Source: a virus
Length of the DNA: 64,000 bases
Virus record (IMG/VR): IMGVR_UViG_3300009506_000023
Span: 1,597-65,596 of that record
Strand: one strand, 5' to 3'
The position numbers and the translations under genes were made by a program. This document shows, piece by piece, positions 47,440 through 57,216 of the stretch. The notes beneath the pieces were generated by a model, which had not been told where the DNA came from, did not search any database, and worked only from the letters and a program-made list of their open reading frames with translations. The stretch's first letter is position 1. Each line of letters starts with the position of its first letter.

Positions 47440-48228
47440 TTACTGCCTTGACGGATAAGTCTTTTTGAATACGTCACCAAAAGTACCAAGGCTGGTTTTC
47501 TTATTTTGTTTGTGTTTCTCGTAGCCTCTGATGATAGAACCCATCTTTGTAATTCTTTCGTTGAGCTCACCCATCTGCTTCTCTTTGGTTTTCAGTTCTG
47601 CCTTGAGATCATTGATTATTCGGCTGTAATCCCTATCAGCATTTTCAAGACCTCTATTGAGCCTGTTAATTTCTTCGTGCTGAGACTTGATGTAGATGAG
47701 GAACTGCTGGGTAAACATATCTGCGAAGCTTAACTGTTCTTGAGTAAATTCTTTTAAGTCTATAGACTTAATCAAGTCGTCAATCTCGTCAAGGTTCGGT
47801 GGAGCAGAGGATGTCTTATCCAGATCATCATCTTCTCTAACATCAGAGACAGTTTTCTTAGCAGACGACTCCAATGCTCTTAGCCTCGCACTCATCTTAG
47901 CTTTAGTCAAGGCTTTAGATGAAGGCAATTCATTCGGATTACACTTGATGCCCTTTTCTGTTATGCTAAATGGCACCTCACCTTTGCCCTTACCGCTTTG
48001 GTGTATTGGTACTCGACCAGATTTTCTAACAAGACCAGCAGCACTAATTATAGATGAGAAAGCACCCTTGATTTGCTTTAAGCTTATGTCTGGTTGCTTC
48101 TCTTGGACGAGAGATTCAAGATCACTAATCTTGAACTTTAGAGATTTATCCCCATTGCACAATTCCTGTATTGTAGACATAACATAGTACTTTATGGGGT
48201 ACTCGTGTTGTTGTAAATGATGAGCCAT
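47440..48228 (-). CDS. Hypothetical protein with a C-terminal coiled coil
   Basis: 262-aa ORF with RBS AAGGAGGAG. Confidence 0.45.
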   Translation of the reverse strand: MAHHLQQHEYPIKYYVMSTIQELCNGDKSLKFKISDLESLVQEKQPDISLKQIKGAFSSIISAAGLVRKSGRVPIHQSGKGKGEVPFSITEKGIKCNPNELPSSKALTKAKMSARLRALESSAKKTVSDVREDDDLDKTSSAPPNLDEIDDLIKSIDLKEFTQEQLSFADMFTQQFLIYIKSQHEEINRLNRGLENADRDYSRIINDLKAELKTKEKQMGELNERITKMGSIIRGYEKHKQNKKTSLGTFGDVFKKTYPSRQ

Positions 48229-48296
48229 AACTCCTCCTTTACGTTGGTTTGGTAAAAATTAGGGATACGATTTATAGAATAACATATAATGTCATC

Positions 48297-48358
48297 CCTG
48301 CATTTCGCTGACATTCGACAATCTAGGGTTAGGATATACCCGAATATACCCTAACCCT
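48297..48358. repeat. Conserved intergenic element, copy B, ending in an inverted repeat agggttagg...cctaaccct with an internal atataccc direct repeat
   Basis: CCCTGCATTTCGCTGACATTCGACAATCTAGGGTTAGGATATACCCGAATATACCCTAACCCT. Confidence 0.65.
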
Positions 48359-48386
48359 CTTGAAGCCGATAAATCGAATGCCACAT

Positions 48387-48743
48387 TTAACACTCGACGG
48401 TGATTTTCAATCCGTCTTTTACTTCTTCTTCCCACCAATTTGTTGCGAACCCGAAGATTTTGGACATAACGAGTTCTTTGTTGTAGTCCTTTACAACCTC
48501 ACCAAGTTTAGAGAAAGTCTTGCTCGCACTACCGTAATGGTCGTACAATATCTCTCCTTGGAGATTGACAGCACAAGGATAACGCCAGCCTTCGAGTTGA
48601 AACTCGACTTCGGCATTAACTCTGTTGCTACCATAAAGGCTTGTTGTTACGTTCTCACGAAACGCAATGTTATTAGCTTCGAGAACAGCCTTGAACTTGT
48701 CGATGTCCTTGATTCGCATCTTGTACTTAGACACGTGGCTCAT
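48387..48743 (-). CDS. Hypothetical protein
   Basis: 118-aa ORF with RBS AAGGAGGTG. Confidence 0.45.
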   Translation of the reverse strand: MSHVSKYKMRIKDIDKFKAVLEANNIAFRENVTTSLYGSNRVNAEVEFQLEGWRYPCAVNLQGEILYDHYGSASKTFSKLGEVVKDYNKELVMSKIFGFATNWWEEEVKDGLKITVEC

Positions 48744-48777
48744 TTAATCACCTCCTTTGCTGTGAAATGTCATTCTT

Positions 48778-49218
48778 TTACAGAAATGAATGGCTATTAA
48801 TTATTTCTATTTTTTGATAGCAGATTGTGCCTATTGGCAATTCGTTGGTGGCATCACCAATAACTCTTCTCATACCTTCAATGCGGCCATATTCTTGTAT
48901 GTGTCTCATTACAGATTTTAGCCATACATCACCGAAGTGGCCAAGGAAGACCTTTGGTGTATGCCCTCTTCCTATGCCCTTTACTCTTAATACTTCATAC
49001 TTACGGTCTGAGTAGGATACTCTCCTTTTTGGAGCAAGACACATCTTGTTAAACAAATGCACATCTTGGAGTCTTTTGAAGACCATTATTCCAAGAGTGT
49101 TTTTTGGTGCACTTATTGTGCTACCATTCGAGTAATTTATCTCGAAATCTCCATCAACAAAACATGATAGGCGTAAGCCTTCATCTGAAATTCTTACAAC
49201 CTTGAATTTAAGATTCAT
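48778..49218 (-). CDS. Hypothetical protein
   Basis: 146-aa ORF with RBS AAGGAGGGAAGGAGGTG. Confidence 0.45.
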   Translation of the reverse strand: MNLKFKVVRISDEGLRLSCFVDGDFEINYSNGSTISAPKNTLGIMVFKRLQDVHLFNKMCLAPKRRVSYSDRKYEVLRVKGIGRGHTPKVFLGHFGDVWLKSVMRHIQEYGRIEGMRRVIGDATNELPIGTICYQKIEIINSHSFL

Positions 49219-49276
49219 CTAATCACCTCCTTCCCTCCTTGTGTGGATTTTTATTAACTTTCGTCTATCGTACATA

Positions 49277-49340
49277 GAAGAGGGGGCATTCAGATCCCCC
49301 CCTTTTATGTACAATAGCTACGCTATTGTACATATTTTTC
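49277..49340 (+). terminator. Two tandem hairpins followed by T-runs on the + strand (GGGGG/CCCCCCC stem then tttt; perfect palindrome tgtacaatag-ctacg-ctattgtaca then tatttttc)
   Basis: Read directly from the sequence. T-runs follow the stems only in the + orientation, although all neighbouring genes are on the - strand. Confidence 0.4.
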
Positions 49341-49385
49341 AGAAGCTCTTGTGCCAGGCTGCAAAGTTCTTCCTTGCAGCAATGG

Positions 49386-50255
49386 TTAGATATCAAGACG
49401 ACGAGTTAGACGAGCATCTTTGGAGTTGACGATCAGAGAAGTAACTTCCTTCATCTTTTCACCAACGATTCGCCTAAAGTCACCGTCGGCTTTGAGCATT
49501 GCGTACTCCGTACCGTCCATATACATCCTGATATCTTCAATCATACTCTGTAACTCTTCGTGCTGGATACAACCGTCATAGACGGTAGCGAATCTATCAA
49601 GGACATTAGTTACGGATTTAACAGTAGACGCAGAAATATCGCCTGTCCCAATACATTGATCTCGGAGTTTATCTATGCGGTCATAGAACTCTTTGGCGAC
49701 AATAGATACTAAGGAATCTTCAAACTCCTTCATACTTTTCTGAAACTTGGCGACTTCTGCCTCATACATCTCTGGAGACAATACTCCGTAGTCTTTACCA
49801 GGTGGTTGGATCATAACGAACTGCCAATCAAATACAAAGTTATCTCTGAGTTGGGCTGGGGTCGGGTAGTTACCCTCTGAGTACAACTCTGGATACTTAT
49901 TAGCGTACTTCTGCTTTTCGTGCTCAAACACCCTAATAAGATCATCGAGTGCCTCCATAGCCCACTCTTTCCGAGATTCAAGGGCTTCGTTGACGTATGA
50001 TATACGGTTTTTGTTAATGAAGTCGACACTTGGGACTGGAAAATAAATCGTATTCGACTTCACGAATCGCCTTGCCTCACCCAAGATACCACGTACCGCT
50101 GCGACCTTGCTGTTATCTAAGAGTAAATCTCTCGTCGCACGAACGATCTCTGTGGGCAATTCTCCCATCTGGCTGGGGTCTAATTTTTTCGTAGCACCCC
50201 AGAATCGGGTTGTGAGAATGATCAAACAACCCTTCTGATAGATGTTCTGAGACAT
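49386..50255 (-). CDS. Hypothetical protein
   Basis: 289-aa ORF. Confidence 0.45.
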   Translation of the reverse strand: MSQNIYQKGCLIILTTRFWGATKKLDPSQMGELPTEIVRATRDLLLDNSKVAAVRGILGEARRFVKSNTIYFPVPSVDFINKNRISYVNEALESRKEWAMEALDDLIRVFEHEKQKYANKYPELYSEGNYPTPAQLRDNFVFDWQFVMIQPPGKDYGVLSPEMYEAEVAKFQKSMKEFEDSLVSIVAKEFYDRIDKLRDQCIGTGDISASTVKSVTNVLDRFATVYDGCIQHEELQSMIEDIRMYMDGTEYAMLKADGDFRRIVGEKMKEVTSLIVNSKDARLTRRLDI

Positions 50256-50284
50256 TTTTCATCCTCCTTTTGCTTTGTTAATGG

Positions 50285-50431
50285 TTATTCCTCAACTAAA
50301 TCCTCGTATTCAATGAGCCAAGATTCTTTGAGAGGATATTTTTTGTGCTTAATGGTGATTGAGCATTCATTTGCGAAATGATCAACTTCATCAGGCTCTA
50401 GGCTCTCTTTGAATACAACTTTTATTTTCAT
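50285..50431 (-). CDS. Small hypothetical protein (48 aa), not in the ORF track
   Basis: My manual translation gives MKIKVVFKESLEPDEVDHFANECSITIKHKKYPLKESWLIEYEDLVEE, with RBS GGAG upstream. Confidence 0.2.
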   Translation of the reverse strand: MKIKVVFKESLEPDEVDHFANECSITIKHKKYPLKESWLIEYEDLVEE

Positions 50432-50460
50432 AATAACTCCAGATAGTTTAGACAAGTCTA

Positions 50461-50649
50461 TCACCTCCCTTTCTTCTTTGCTAAGAACGATGTTTCAAGC
50501 ATAGAAATTAGAGAAGCCAGCTCGTAGACAGCCAGCTTATCTAAAGCCTTTTTACAGGTCACATACACAGCGGAGTTCGGGGCATAGTTATCGTCGATAT
50601 GTCCCAGAATCTCCTTAATCATATCTTTCTTTTTTTCAGAGATTTTCAT
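50461..50649 (-). CDS. Small hypothetical protein
   Basis: 62-aa ORF in an ATGA overlap with the downstream gene. Confidence 0.35.
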   Translation of the reverse strand: MKISEKKKDMIKEILGHIDDNYAPNSAVYVTCKKALDKLAVYELASLISMLETSFLAKKKGR

Positions 50650-51161
50650 CTATCCTCCTTGATTGGATACTCGTCTTCGCCTGTTAGGAGAGGGTAACCA
50701 ATCTCCCAACAGTCAAGGACACCCCAAGCTTTCCGCTTGAGTATAATTTCTCTGACATAGTGAAGAGGAAAGGTAACACCATAGTATGCCTTTCCGTCTT
50801 CCCACGTCGGATCATAGACATAATTTCCTGGATCAATAGCCCAAGCGTGTAACATAGGGAAGCCAAAAGAGTAAGCATAGCCTTCGACATATCTGAGATA
50901 ACCATCTTCTCTTTCACACAAGTCAAAGGCATTCTTGAAGCACTCCTTTTTCTTTCCCATTTCTAGGTAAGGAGTGCCACAAGTAGCCTTATGTAGACTT
51001 CCATTCCTCAACACAAACTCATACAGGTTGCCGTACTTGAAATCTTTTGGTTTGTAATTTGCGTTAAACTTGGACATTGTTCTCAGGAATTTTAGTAATT
51101 CCTGATCACTCATCTCTTTCCTCCCTTGCCCAGTTAAGGGCTTTCCAGAATTGATCCACAA
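50646..51161 (-). CDS. Hypothetical protein
   Basis: 171-aa ORF. Confidence 0.4.
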   Translation of the reverse strand: MWINSGKPLTGQGRKEMSDQELLKFLRTMSKFNANYKPKDFKYGNLYEFVLRNGSLHKATCGTPYLEMGKKKECFKNAFDLCEREDGYLRYVEGYAYSFGFPMLHAWAIDPGNYVYDPTWEDGKAYYGVTFPLHYVREIILKRKAWGVLDCWEIGYPLLTGEDEYPIKEDR

Positions 51162-51390
51162 CAGTAGACTTAGAGAAGATATTACAAGGGCAATCTTCTG
51201 TTACATCTATTCCCCAATCGCCATAAATCTCTCCGCACCTATCGTTACAGAACTCTTCTCTTTGTGATTCCTTATCAATCATTGATGCCCCGTAGGGCGG
51301 GCTGAAAGGACAGCATATCAGCCCGCTCCCACGGTCTTTACTGATTGTATCATAGTCAAGGTCTTTTAGAAGCGTCACAATATAAGCCAT
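51106..51390 (-). CDS. Hypothetical Cys-containing protein
   Basis: 94-aa ORF. Confidence 0.35.
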   Translation of the reverse strand: MAYIVTLLKDLDYDTISKDRGSGLICCPFSPPYGASMIDKESQREEFCNDRCGEIYGDWGIDVTEDCPCNIFSKSTVVDQFWKALNWAREERDE

Positions 51391-51399
51391 TGTACCCTC

Positions 51400-51624
51400 C
51401 TAACCGCAGAACCCGCCAAACAAACCGTCTTTCTGCTTTGTCTTCATATAGAACGAAGATTTTAGAGTAACCTTTTCAGCCTCTCCGAAAAGTTCATCTA
51501 AGAACTTGGTGGCCTCAACACAACCTTCACCCTCGAAGTCAACGCCTTCTGCTTGGATGGTTCCGTCATTCTTTAAAGTGATTTCTATTTTTGGCATTTC
51601 AACCTCCTTACTTTGCCAGGTCAA
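51400..51624 (-). CDS. Small hypothetical protein
   Basis: 74-aa ORF with RBS GGAGGTTG. Confidence 0.4.
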   Translation of the reverse strand: MTWQSKEVEMPKIEITLKNDGTIQAEGVDFEGEGCVEATKFLDELFGEAEKVTLKSSFYMKTKQKDGLFGGFCG

Positions 51625-53029
51625 GTTTACGAGTCTTCACTTTTGGCTCGACGATCTCAGAAGCATTAATTGCGAACTCCTTGAGTTCCTCAGCCTCAGA
51701 GAAGCCTCTCTTATTTTGTGGAATAATGTAAGCAGCAGCTTCGATCAACGGTACTTCCAAGTTAGAAGCCATTTGGCAGCAAGCTTCGATCTCAGCTCCT
51801 GTCCATTGATCCATAGGTGGAGCATTACCGTTATCTATCTTGAACTTCTTCACATAATAGTCAAGAATCAGAGCCTTCTCTTCATCGTTAGGAAGATCAA
51901 TATAGAAAGGACTCGAATCCCAGCGACCAGTCCTAAGATATTCATCGGGAATACCCTTAAAGCTGTTACAAGTACCCATCATATAAACGCCTTCTGGCTT
52001 CTCCTGCATGAACTGGAGCCATCTACCTGTCATTCTTTTCGATACTCCAGAGTCGGTTTCGCCAGACGATGCGGCACCAGCAAACTGCTTTTCAAACTCG
52101 TCCATTATTACCACACAATCTCCGATAGCTTCGATTATGTCGATCACTTCTTCTACCTGCTCGAAGCCTTCACCTTGCCATTTAGAATACAACCTACCGA
52201 AATTAATCAGTAAGCCGATCTTATTAAACTGGCCAACGGTACACTCCATAAAGAGAGTTTTACCACAGCCAGGTGGGCCAACGATGAGAATACCTTTAGA
52301 TGTTCGTTTAGTGATCATCTTGCTTACAACCGTCTTCATCCTTTGGTATCCAAGAATGTCGTTGTAGTCCTTTGTAGTTTGAAGAACGTCTATGAGACCA
52401 GATTTCTCTATCGTCTGGACTTTTTGCTCATTAATAAGTTTAATATCAAACTTCTTTGTCTCAGTATAAGAGAGAGCCAAGACGTTTTCAATCTCCGTTT
52501 TGGTTAGCCCTTTCGCTGCATGGATGACGGCTTCGTTATCTCCGTCAAGTAGCTCCATCTTACCAGCAGAAGTAGCGACGTGATGCATACACCCTTTAAT
52601 CTCTTTAACATCGGGTAACGGCATCTCCAAGAGCATAAAATCTTTGCGGATTTCAATGGGAATCCTTGTATCAGGAGAAAGGACGATTATGGATTTACCC
52701 TGATTCTTCCAGACATCCGTATAATTCTGTACGGTCTGGATCACAGGGGGTTTATCCAAGAACCAATGATAGTTGTGCAGGATTAATACTGTGAAGTCCT
52801 CAGCCTTTTCGGTGAGTTCCTTCAACGGCAGCAATGGATCTTGTTGCTTTGCCGAGATTACATCCCATTGTACTACCTTGTACACACTACCATCCTTTCT
52901 CTGGGCAGACGATATGATCTCGTCGAGTACATCCGCAGCTCTTTTAGCTTCGTTAGTACGGACAAGAAACCCTGAGTAACCCGCAGCAAGAAAGTTGATA
53001 ATACGCTCAGCTTTTACTTCACGTTTCAT
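51608..53029 (-). CDS. AAA+ ATPase
   Basis: GPPGCGKT is Walker A. VVIMDEFEK is Walker B. The ATPase sits in the C-terminal half of 473 aa. Confidence 0.6.
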   Translation of the reverse strand: MKREVKAERIINFLAAGYSGFLVRTNEAKRAADVLDEIISSAQRKDGSVYKVVQWDVISAKQQDPLLPLKELTEKAEDFTVLILHNYHWFLDKPPVIQTVQNYTDVWKNQGKSIIVLSPDTRIPIEIRKDFMLLEMPLPDVKEIKGCMHHVATSAGKMELLDGDNEAVIHAAKGLTKTEIENVLALSYTETKKFDIKLINEQKVQTIEKSGLIDVLQTTKDYNDILGYQRMKTVVSKMITKRTSKGILIVGPPGCGKTLFMECTVGQFNKIGLLINFGRLYSKWQGEGFEQVEEVIDIIEAIGDCVVIMDEFEKQFAGAASSGETDSGVSKRMTGRWLQFMQEKPEGVYMMGTCNSFKGIPDEYLRTGRWDSSPFYIDLPNDEEKALILDYYVKKFKIDNGNAPPMDQWTGAEIEACCQMASNLEVPLIEAAAYIIPQNKRGFSEAEELKEFAINASEIVEPKVKTRKLDLAK

Positions 53030-53052
53030 TTTCCCCTCCTTTCAAAAAGTTA

Positions 53053-53376
53053 TTACTGCTTATAATTTGGTAGACTATCAAGAATACTTGGGTCAACAAA
53101 CTTCCAGAACTCGACGGTAACATGCTCCGTCTGCCCTCTAACCCCTGTATCCTCGAACATTCCTGTGTTGAAAATCACTTGGGCTATCTCTCGATTTTCT
53201 GCCCAAGTCTTTACGGCAAAAACGTCGTCAGGTAGATTATCAATCTCTGGGACATTCGTTGTCAATATGCCGTATCTCTTGCCCGTTTCTTTCATTACTA
53301 TAACAAGGGCTATCCGCTTATTGTTATATTGTGCTCGTTGTAATGAAAATTTCTTACGTTTAAAGTTGAAGTCCAT
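53053..53376 (-). CDS. Hypothetical protein
   Basis: 107-aa ORF. Confidence 0.4.
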   Translation of the reverse strand: MDFNFKRKKFSLQRAQYNNKRIALVIVMKETGKRYGILTTNVPEIDNLPDDVFAVKTWAENREIAQVIFNTGMFEDTGVRGQTEHVTVEFWKFVDPSILDSLPNYKQ

Positions 53377-53549
53377 TAATCCTCCTGTATCTCGGTTATG
53401 ATGCCTTTTACTTCTTTCCCGACATCAACAATAACACCTCTAATACCACCATGTTTCTGGATGTAGAAACCAAGAGCAAAGATCCAGAATATCCACAATG
53501 CAAGAAGTATTACAATTGCTGATATCATCCATTTCTCAGCTTTACTCAT
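53376..53549 (-). CDS. Small membrane protein (internal start MSKAEKW chosen)
   Basis: The track ORF 53376..53777 overlaps the upstream gene by 100 nt. An internal ATG with RBS GGAG gives a 57-aa TM protein (ISAIVILLALWIFWIFALGF). Confidence 0.3.
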   Translation of the reverse strand: MSKAEKWMISAIVILLALWIFWIFALGFYIQKHGGIRGVIVDVGKEVKGIITEIQED

Positions 53550-53676
53550 CGTTTTCTCCATCCTTTCTTCTTGCCAAGTTGACCTATCCACACCATAAAA
53601 TACCATCGTAGTATTCTCTGGGTGCCACAGATCACACCTACCAAGAATCGTTTGAGTACTTTCATTTTCCCTCCTG

Positions 53677-54105
53677 TTAAGTGAATTGCTCACAGTTGTC
53701 ACAGACAAACTGTAAAGTCCCTGTGTGGACTTGCCCACATGTGTAACATTTGCTGACTCTTGGAAATTCCTTTCCATACTTTATGATATGGAAGTCTACT
53801 TGGCTGTTAAATGTTGGAAGTGTTATCAGCCCGTTTTCATAGGATTCTTTAGAGGCATTTATTGCTTCAATAATCTCACAAGCCCTCTCGAATCTTTCAG
53901 CATTGAGCACCTCTTCCTTTACATGTGACGCAACTTCATTTAAGTCGTCTAGTGTATACAATTCGATCTCATCATCAGAGTACTTACCACTTCTGGACAT
54001 AGCAATTAGTACTCTTGCTCCAGACATACCTTGATTCTTGATCATCCATCGCTTTAATTCTTTCTTCATCTCTTCTCTTGTACGCATTTCCTCACCTCCC
54101 TTCAT
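53677..54105 (-). CDS. Hypothetical protein with a C-terminal zinc ribbon (CYTCGQ...CDNCEQF)
   Basis: 142-aa ORF. Confidence 0.45.
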   Translation of the reverse strand: MKGGEEMRTREEMKKELKRWMIKNQGMSGARVLIAMSRSGKYSDDEIELYTLDDLNEVASHVKEEVLNAERFERACEIIEAINASKESYENGLITLPTFNSQVDFHIIKYGKEFPRVSKCYTCGQVHTGTLQFVCDNCEQFT

Positions 54106-54177
54106 CGTTTATTCTAAACGCACATAAAGGGCTGAGCCCTTGGAGGCACTCAACCCTTTAAATTTGCTTAGAATTAA

Positions 54178-54525
54178 CTAAGCAGCCTGGCCCACTTCAG
54201 CCTCGGCTTCTTCGACTGCGATGAGTTCATATTTACCGTCAACCTTGTTAGCAATACCGTTATTGGCGAACCAATTGGCAACAGTCTTTGCTCTGCTCTC
54301 GGTCTTCAGCCCAGCTTCAACCGCCCTCTCTGTGAGTTCCTTCAGAGTCAGAGGTTTACGTGCTCGCTGGAGAACACCGAAGATTATAGAAGAACCAGAG
54401 TTCTTCTTAAATTTAATAGTATCAGGTGTAACTGTCTTTTTCTCACCGACAGCCTCTTTAGCCTTGGCTTTAGCAGCCTCTAATTTTTCTTTTTCACTTT
54501 GTTTAGTCATTGTGAAATCCCCCAT
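54178..54525 (-). CDS. Hypothetical protein (Lys/Ala-rich N-terminus; possible DNA-binding protein)
   Basis: 115-aa ORF. Confidence 0.4.
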   Translation of the reverse strand: MGDFTMTKQSEKEKLEAAKAKAKEAVGEKKTVTPDTIKFKKNSGSSIIFGVLQRARKPLTLKELTERAVEAGLKTESRAKTVANWFANNGIANKVDGKYELIAVEEAEAEVGQAA

Positions 54526-54592
54526 TTAGTATTTGTAAGGTTAATTGTTTACAGGGTTACTACCGAAGTTTGCTTGTGTTTACCACCTCCTT

Positions 54593-54796
54593 TTAGTGGC
54601 CTATTAAGCCACGTAATACTCCTAATGCTATTGTTCCGAGCAGATAGAGTATAATTACCGCAGGAATTGAAGCAATTGCCCACTTGACCATAAACCGAAC
54701 CATAGAGCCGAAGGGCATTCTTATGTCTGTAACAACAACAGACTCATTTTCAACAGTAATCTTGGGTGCTTCTTCCCACACCCCTTCTTTCTCCAT
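54593..54796 (-). CDS. Small membrane protein
   Basis: 67 aa. WAIASIPAVIILYLLGTIALGVL. Confidence 0.35.
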   Translation of the reverse strand: MEKEGVWEEAPKITVENESVVVTDIRMPFGSMVRFMVKWAIASIPAVIILYLLGTIALGVLRGLIGH

Positions 54797-54812
54797 AGAT
54801 CAATCACCTCCT

Positions 54813-55091
54813 TTACCATCCGTATCGGTTGTAAGTAAATGCTTTCCTCATAATGACACGCCTTTCTTCCCAAGTTAATTCTTGGTAGAAGCGTCGCATG
54901 TCTTCTTTAGACAGGCCACCGTGAACTTCCATATGGCCAGCATCAGCAACGATCTCCATAACTTCGTCTTTGGTCATAACCTTAGACTCGTCAGGTCTGC
55001 CCCAATCATCCACAAGGCAATCGCCTCCGATTACATCCCAAGTCCTATTGGCAGCTGAGATAACTCTCTCCTCAAAGCTTTGTTCAGACAC
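54813..55091 (-). CDS. Hypothetical protein
   Basis: 92-aa ORF. Confidence 0.4.
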   Translation of the reverse strand: MSEQSFEERVISAANRTWDVIGGDCLVDDWGRPDESKVMTKDEVMEIVADAGHMEVHGGLSKEDMRRFYQELTWEERRVIMRKAFTYNRYGW

Positions 55092-55104
55092 TCTATCACC
55101 TCCT

Positions 55105-55464
55105 TTATTCCCAGTTAAAAGGGTTAATAGTGCTATCTAAATAGCACCAGCACTCTGGTGGCTGTGGCAAGCCTTCGTCTTCTTTGCCATTGAAGCCACA
55201 CTCTTTACAAATTACTTCGTCGGCATCGTACAATTCTTTCCCACACCTTGGGCATATACTGTTTTCTACACATTTTGGGCAAGGGTCGAATTCATACATA
55301 AACCCTGGGCTCAAGGATATTCCAGAAGGACTTGGATCATACTTACTCCAAGAGCCACCCCAACCTTGACAGTGTGTACAGTAATTGGGATAGGATTTCT
55401 CGTACTCTGCCACAAGAACATTGTGTAAAGAAAATGCCCCAACACAATCCTTTGAATGTTCCAT
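55105..55464 (-). CDS. Cys-rich zinc-finger protein
   Basis: CTHCQGWGG...CPKCVENSICPRCGKELYDADEVICKECG. Confidence 0.4.
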   Translation of the reverse strand: MEHSKDCVGAFSLHNVLVAEYEKSYPNYCTHCQGWGGSWSKYDPSPSGISLSPGFMYEFDPCPKCVENSICPRCGKELYDADEVICKECGFNGKEDEGLPQPPECWCYLDSTINPFNWE

Positions 55465-55465
55465 T

Positions 55466-55705
55466 TTACCTCTCCTTTACATTATCCCTCCAAGTATTGA
55501 AGAGAGTTGATGGGCAACCAGTATCAATCCCCACATCGTTTGCTAACATAGGGTTAAGTGCTTCAGCACATCGGTACTGGTGCCCGTTCCAATAAAGCTT
55601 TTCGCATCGGTTATAGGCATCGCCCCACCCATTACGTGTTGCCATACTGCATGGGAATGAGATACAGCAATACCCACAACCAACACATTTAGGAAAATCT
55701 TGCAT
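55466..55705 (-). CDS. Cys-rich small protein (CVGCGYCC...C...C)
   Basis: 79-aa ORF. Confidence 0.4.
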   Translation of the reverse strand: MQDFPKCVGCGYCCISFPCSMATRNGWGDAYNRCEKLYWNGHQYRCAEALNPMLANDVGIDTGCPSTLFNTWRDNVKER

Positions 55706-55710
55706 TACAA

Positions 55711-56145
55711 CTATTCCTCCTGTCTAGATTCAATAAGTGGATCTAAGAACTTCTTTATAGCAACGCTATGTGCCCCTTGGCATAATGAAGTAACTGCCTC
55801 AGGGCCACAAGTTACTGCTACTGTGACCAAGGTCTGTATGAAGAGATATATCTCGTTCATATAATCGCTATCATTTATGAACTCCATATTCATTTTATAG
55901 AAGTCAATGATTTCAAGCGTTTCTCTCCAAGCAGACTCTGAGTATGCGAAGAAGTCTTGATCCTTGAGCACTGTCTGTCTGTAGTGCTCAATAGCCTCAA
56001 GCCTCTTTGAGTCAGTATCTTTATTTGACTCAACGTAGTTTGCTTCATCCTTCCTCATTATCCCCTCCTTTTGTTTTAATGAAATATACTTGTGGCTACC
56101 CTCGCTGGGCTCGGCATTACCACAGTGGTTCGAGGGTAGTGGCAA
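55711..56145 (-). CDS. Hypothetical protein
   Basis: 144-aa ORF. Confidence 0.4.
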   Translation of the reverse strand: MPLPSNHCGNAEPSEGSHKYISLKQKEGIMRKDEANYVESNKDTDSKRLEAIEHYRQTVLKDQDFFAYSESAWRETLEIIDFYKMNMEFINDSDYMNEIYLFIQTLVTVAVTCGPEAVTSLCQGAHSVAIKKFLDPLIESRQEE

Positions 56146-56171
56146 ATTTATTTCATTATTGACCCTCCTTA

Positions 56172-56423
56172 TCAGTCTTTATCTTTGTGGATGAATATTC
56201 TGTCGAAGTGGTACTCAAGGTTAGACCAGTAAAAGTTAGTTTTATACTCGTCTGCCATAGCCATAGCAAGCTTGCTCAAATCAGCAGTCGTCATACTATC
56301 TAATATCTTGCGTATTTCAGCAACCTTTTTTGTTCCAGCAAATTTCAGGTTTAAGTATGTCTCAAGCTCAGAGAATGATAAGCTTGCTATCACAACTCTC
56401 GCTTCTCTTATGTTGTCTGACAC
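56172..56423 (-). CDS. Hypothetical protein
   Basis: 83-aa ORF. Confidence 0.4.
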   Translation of the reverse strand: MSDNIREARVVIASLSFSELETYLNLKFAGTKKVAEIRKILDSMTTADLSKLAMAMADEYKTNFYWSNLEYHFDRIFIHKDKD

Positions 56424-56424
56424 A

Positions 56425-56733
56425 TCACCTCCTCTGGATATTGGCTACAAACCTAAAGAAGTTGTGGATGATTCTCTTCTCGTTCTGCTCTGGTTTATTT
56501 AGCCAATCCCTGCCTATTGGGATGCTCTTGCCTCTTATTGAGGCTCTATCAACCTTAGTAGTGGCGATGTCTTGTCTAACACAATTAATTGAATCTCCGT
56601 TTTTTCTAAACTGATACCAGTTCTTCGTAGTCAGATAGAATACTGAATTACCCTTGGGCATCCAGCTTTGGAGATTCTTTTTTATGTCGTCCATAAACTC
56701 GTCGGCAAGGTTGACTTGATTCTTTCTTGCCAT
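56425..56733 (-). CDS. Hypothetical protein
   Basis: 102-aa ORF. Confidence 0.4.
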   Translation of the reverse strand: MARKNQVNLADEFMDDIKKNLQSWMPKGNSVFYLTTKNWYQFRKNGDSINCVRQDIATTKVDRASIRGKSIPIGRDWLNKPEQNEKRIIHNFFRFVANIQRR

Positions 56734-56765
56734 TTCTCCTCCTTGCCCGACATTTCCTGTCTGGG

Positions 56766-57053
56766 CTATAAATCGCTTGGCTTCCCGATACCTGGGAAGT
56801 TGAAATTGCCTTTCCTAACTTCGGCAAGTTCAGCTGCCCTTGCTTTCGGATAGTCTGGGTGCTGACGCTCCTCTTCTAAACAGCTGAAGCATATCCAATC
56901 TGTATTAAACATAGACATAATGTGAGATGAGGATTTCTTGTCACACCTATCACAGTTTTCGTCGGGAAATTCCCTTACAACCAGCCTTTGGAATTTATTT
57001 GTGCTTGGCTTTGACACTTTTCCTCTCCTTTCTGGGTACATAGAAAGACCCAA
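56766..57053 (-). CDS. Zinc-ribbon protein (CDRCDKK...CFSC)
   Basis: 95-aa ORF. Confidence 0.4.
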   Translation of the reverse strand: MGLSMYPERRGKVSKPSTNKFQRLVVREFPDENCDRCDKKSSSHIMSMFNTDWICFSCLEEERQHPDYPKARAAELAEVRKGNFNFPGIGKPSDL

Positions 57054-57216
57054 GTCTTTCTTTTACGTGCTTGTTCTCTTTCCAGCATTCGCTGAGTACA
57101 AACTCATACTCATTAATAGTTGCTTTATAGTAGTTGATTTTCTCATTCAATAAGTAAGAGATAATCAGCACTAATATGCTGGTTATGAGTAGAGTTATTG
57201 GTGCTAACCAACGCAT
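56995..57216 (-). CDS. Small membrane protein
   Basis: 73 aa. WLAPITLLITSILVLIISYLL. Confidence 0.35.
   Translation of the reverse strand: MRWLAPITLLITSILVLIISYLLNEKINYYKATINEYEFVLSECWKENKHVKERLGSFYVPRKERKSVKAKHK

Noticed and set aside
53376-53777. Full-length 133-aa version of the membrane ORF
   Set aside because: It overlaps the upstream zinc-ribbon gene by 100 nt. An internal ATG with a GGAG RBS gives a compact 57-aa TM protein.
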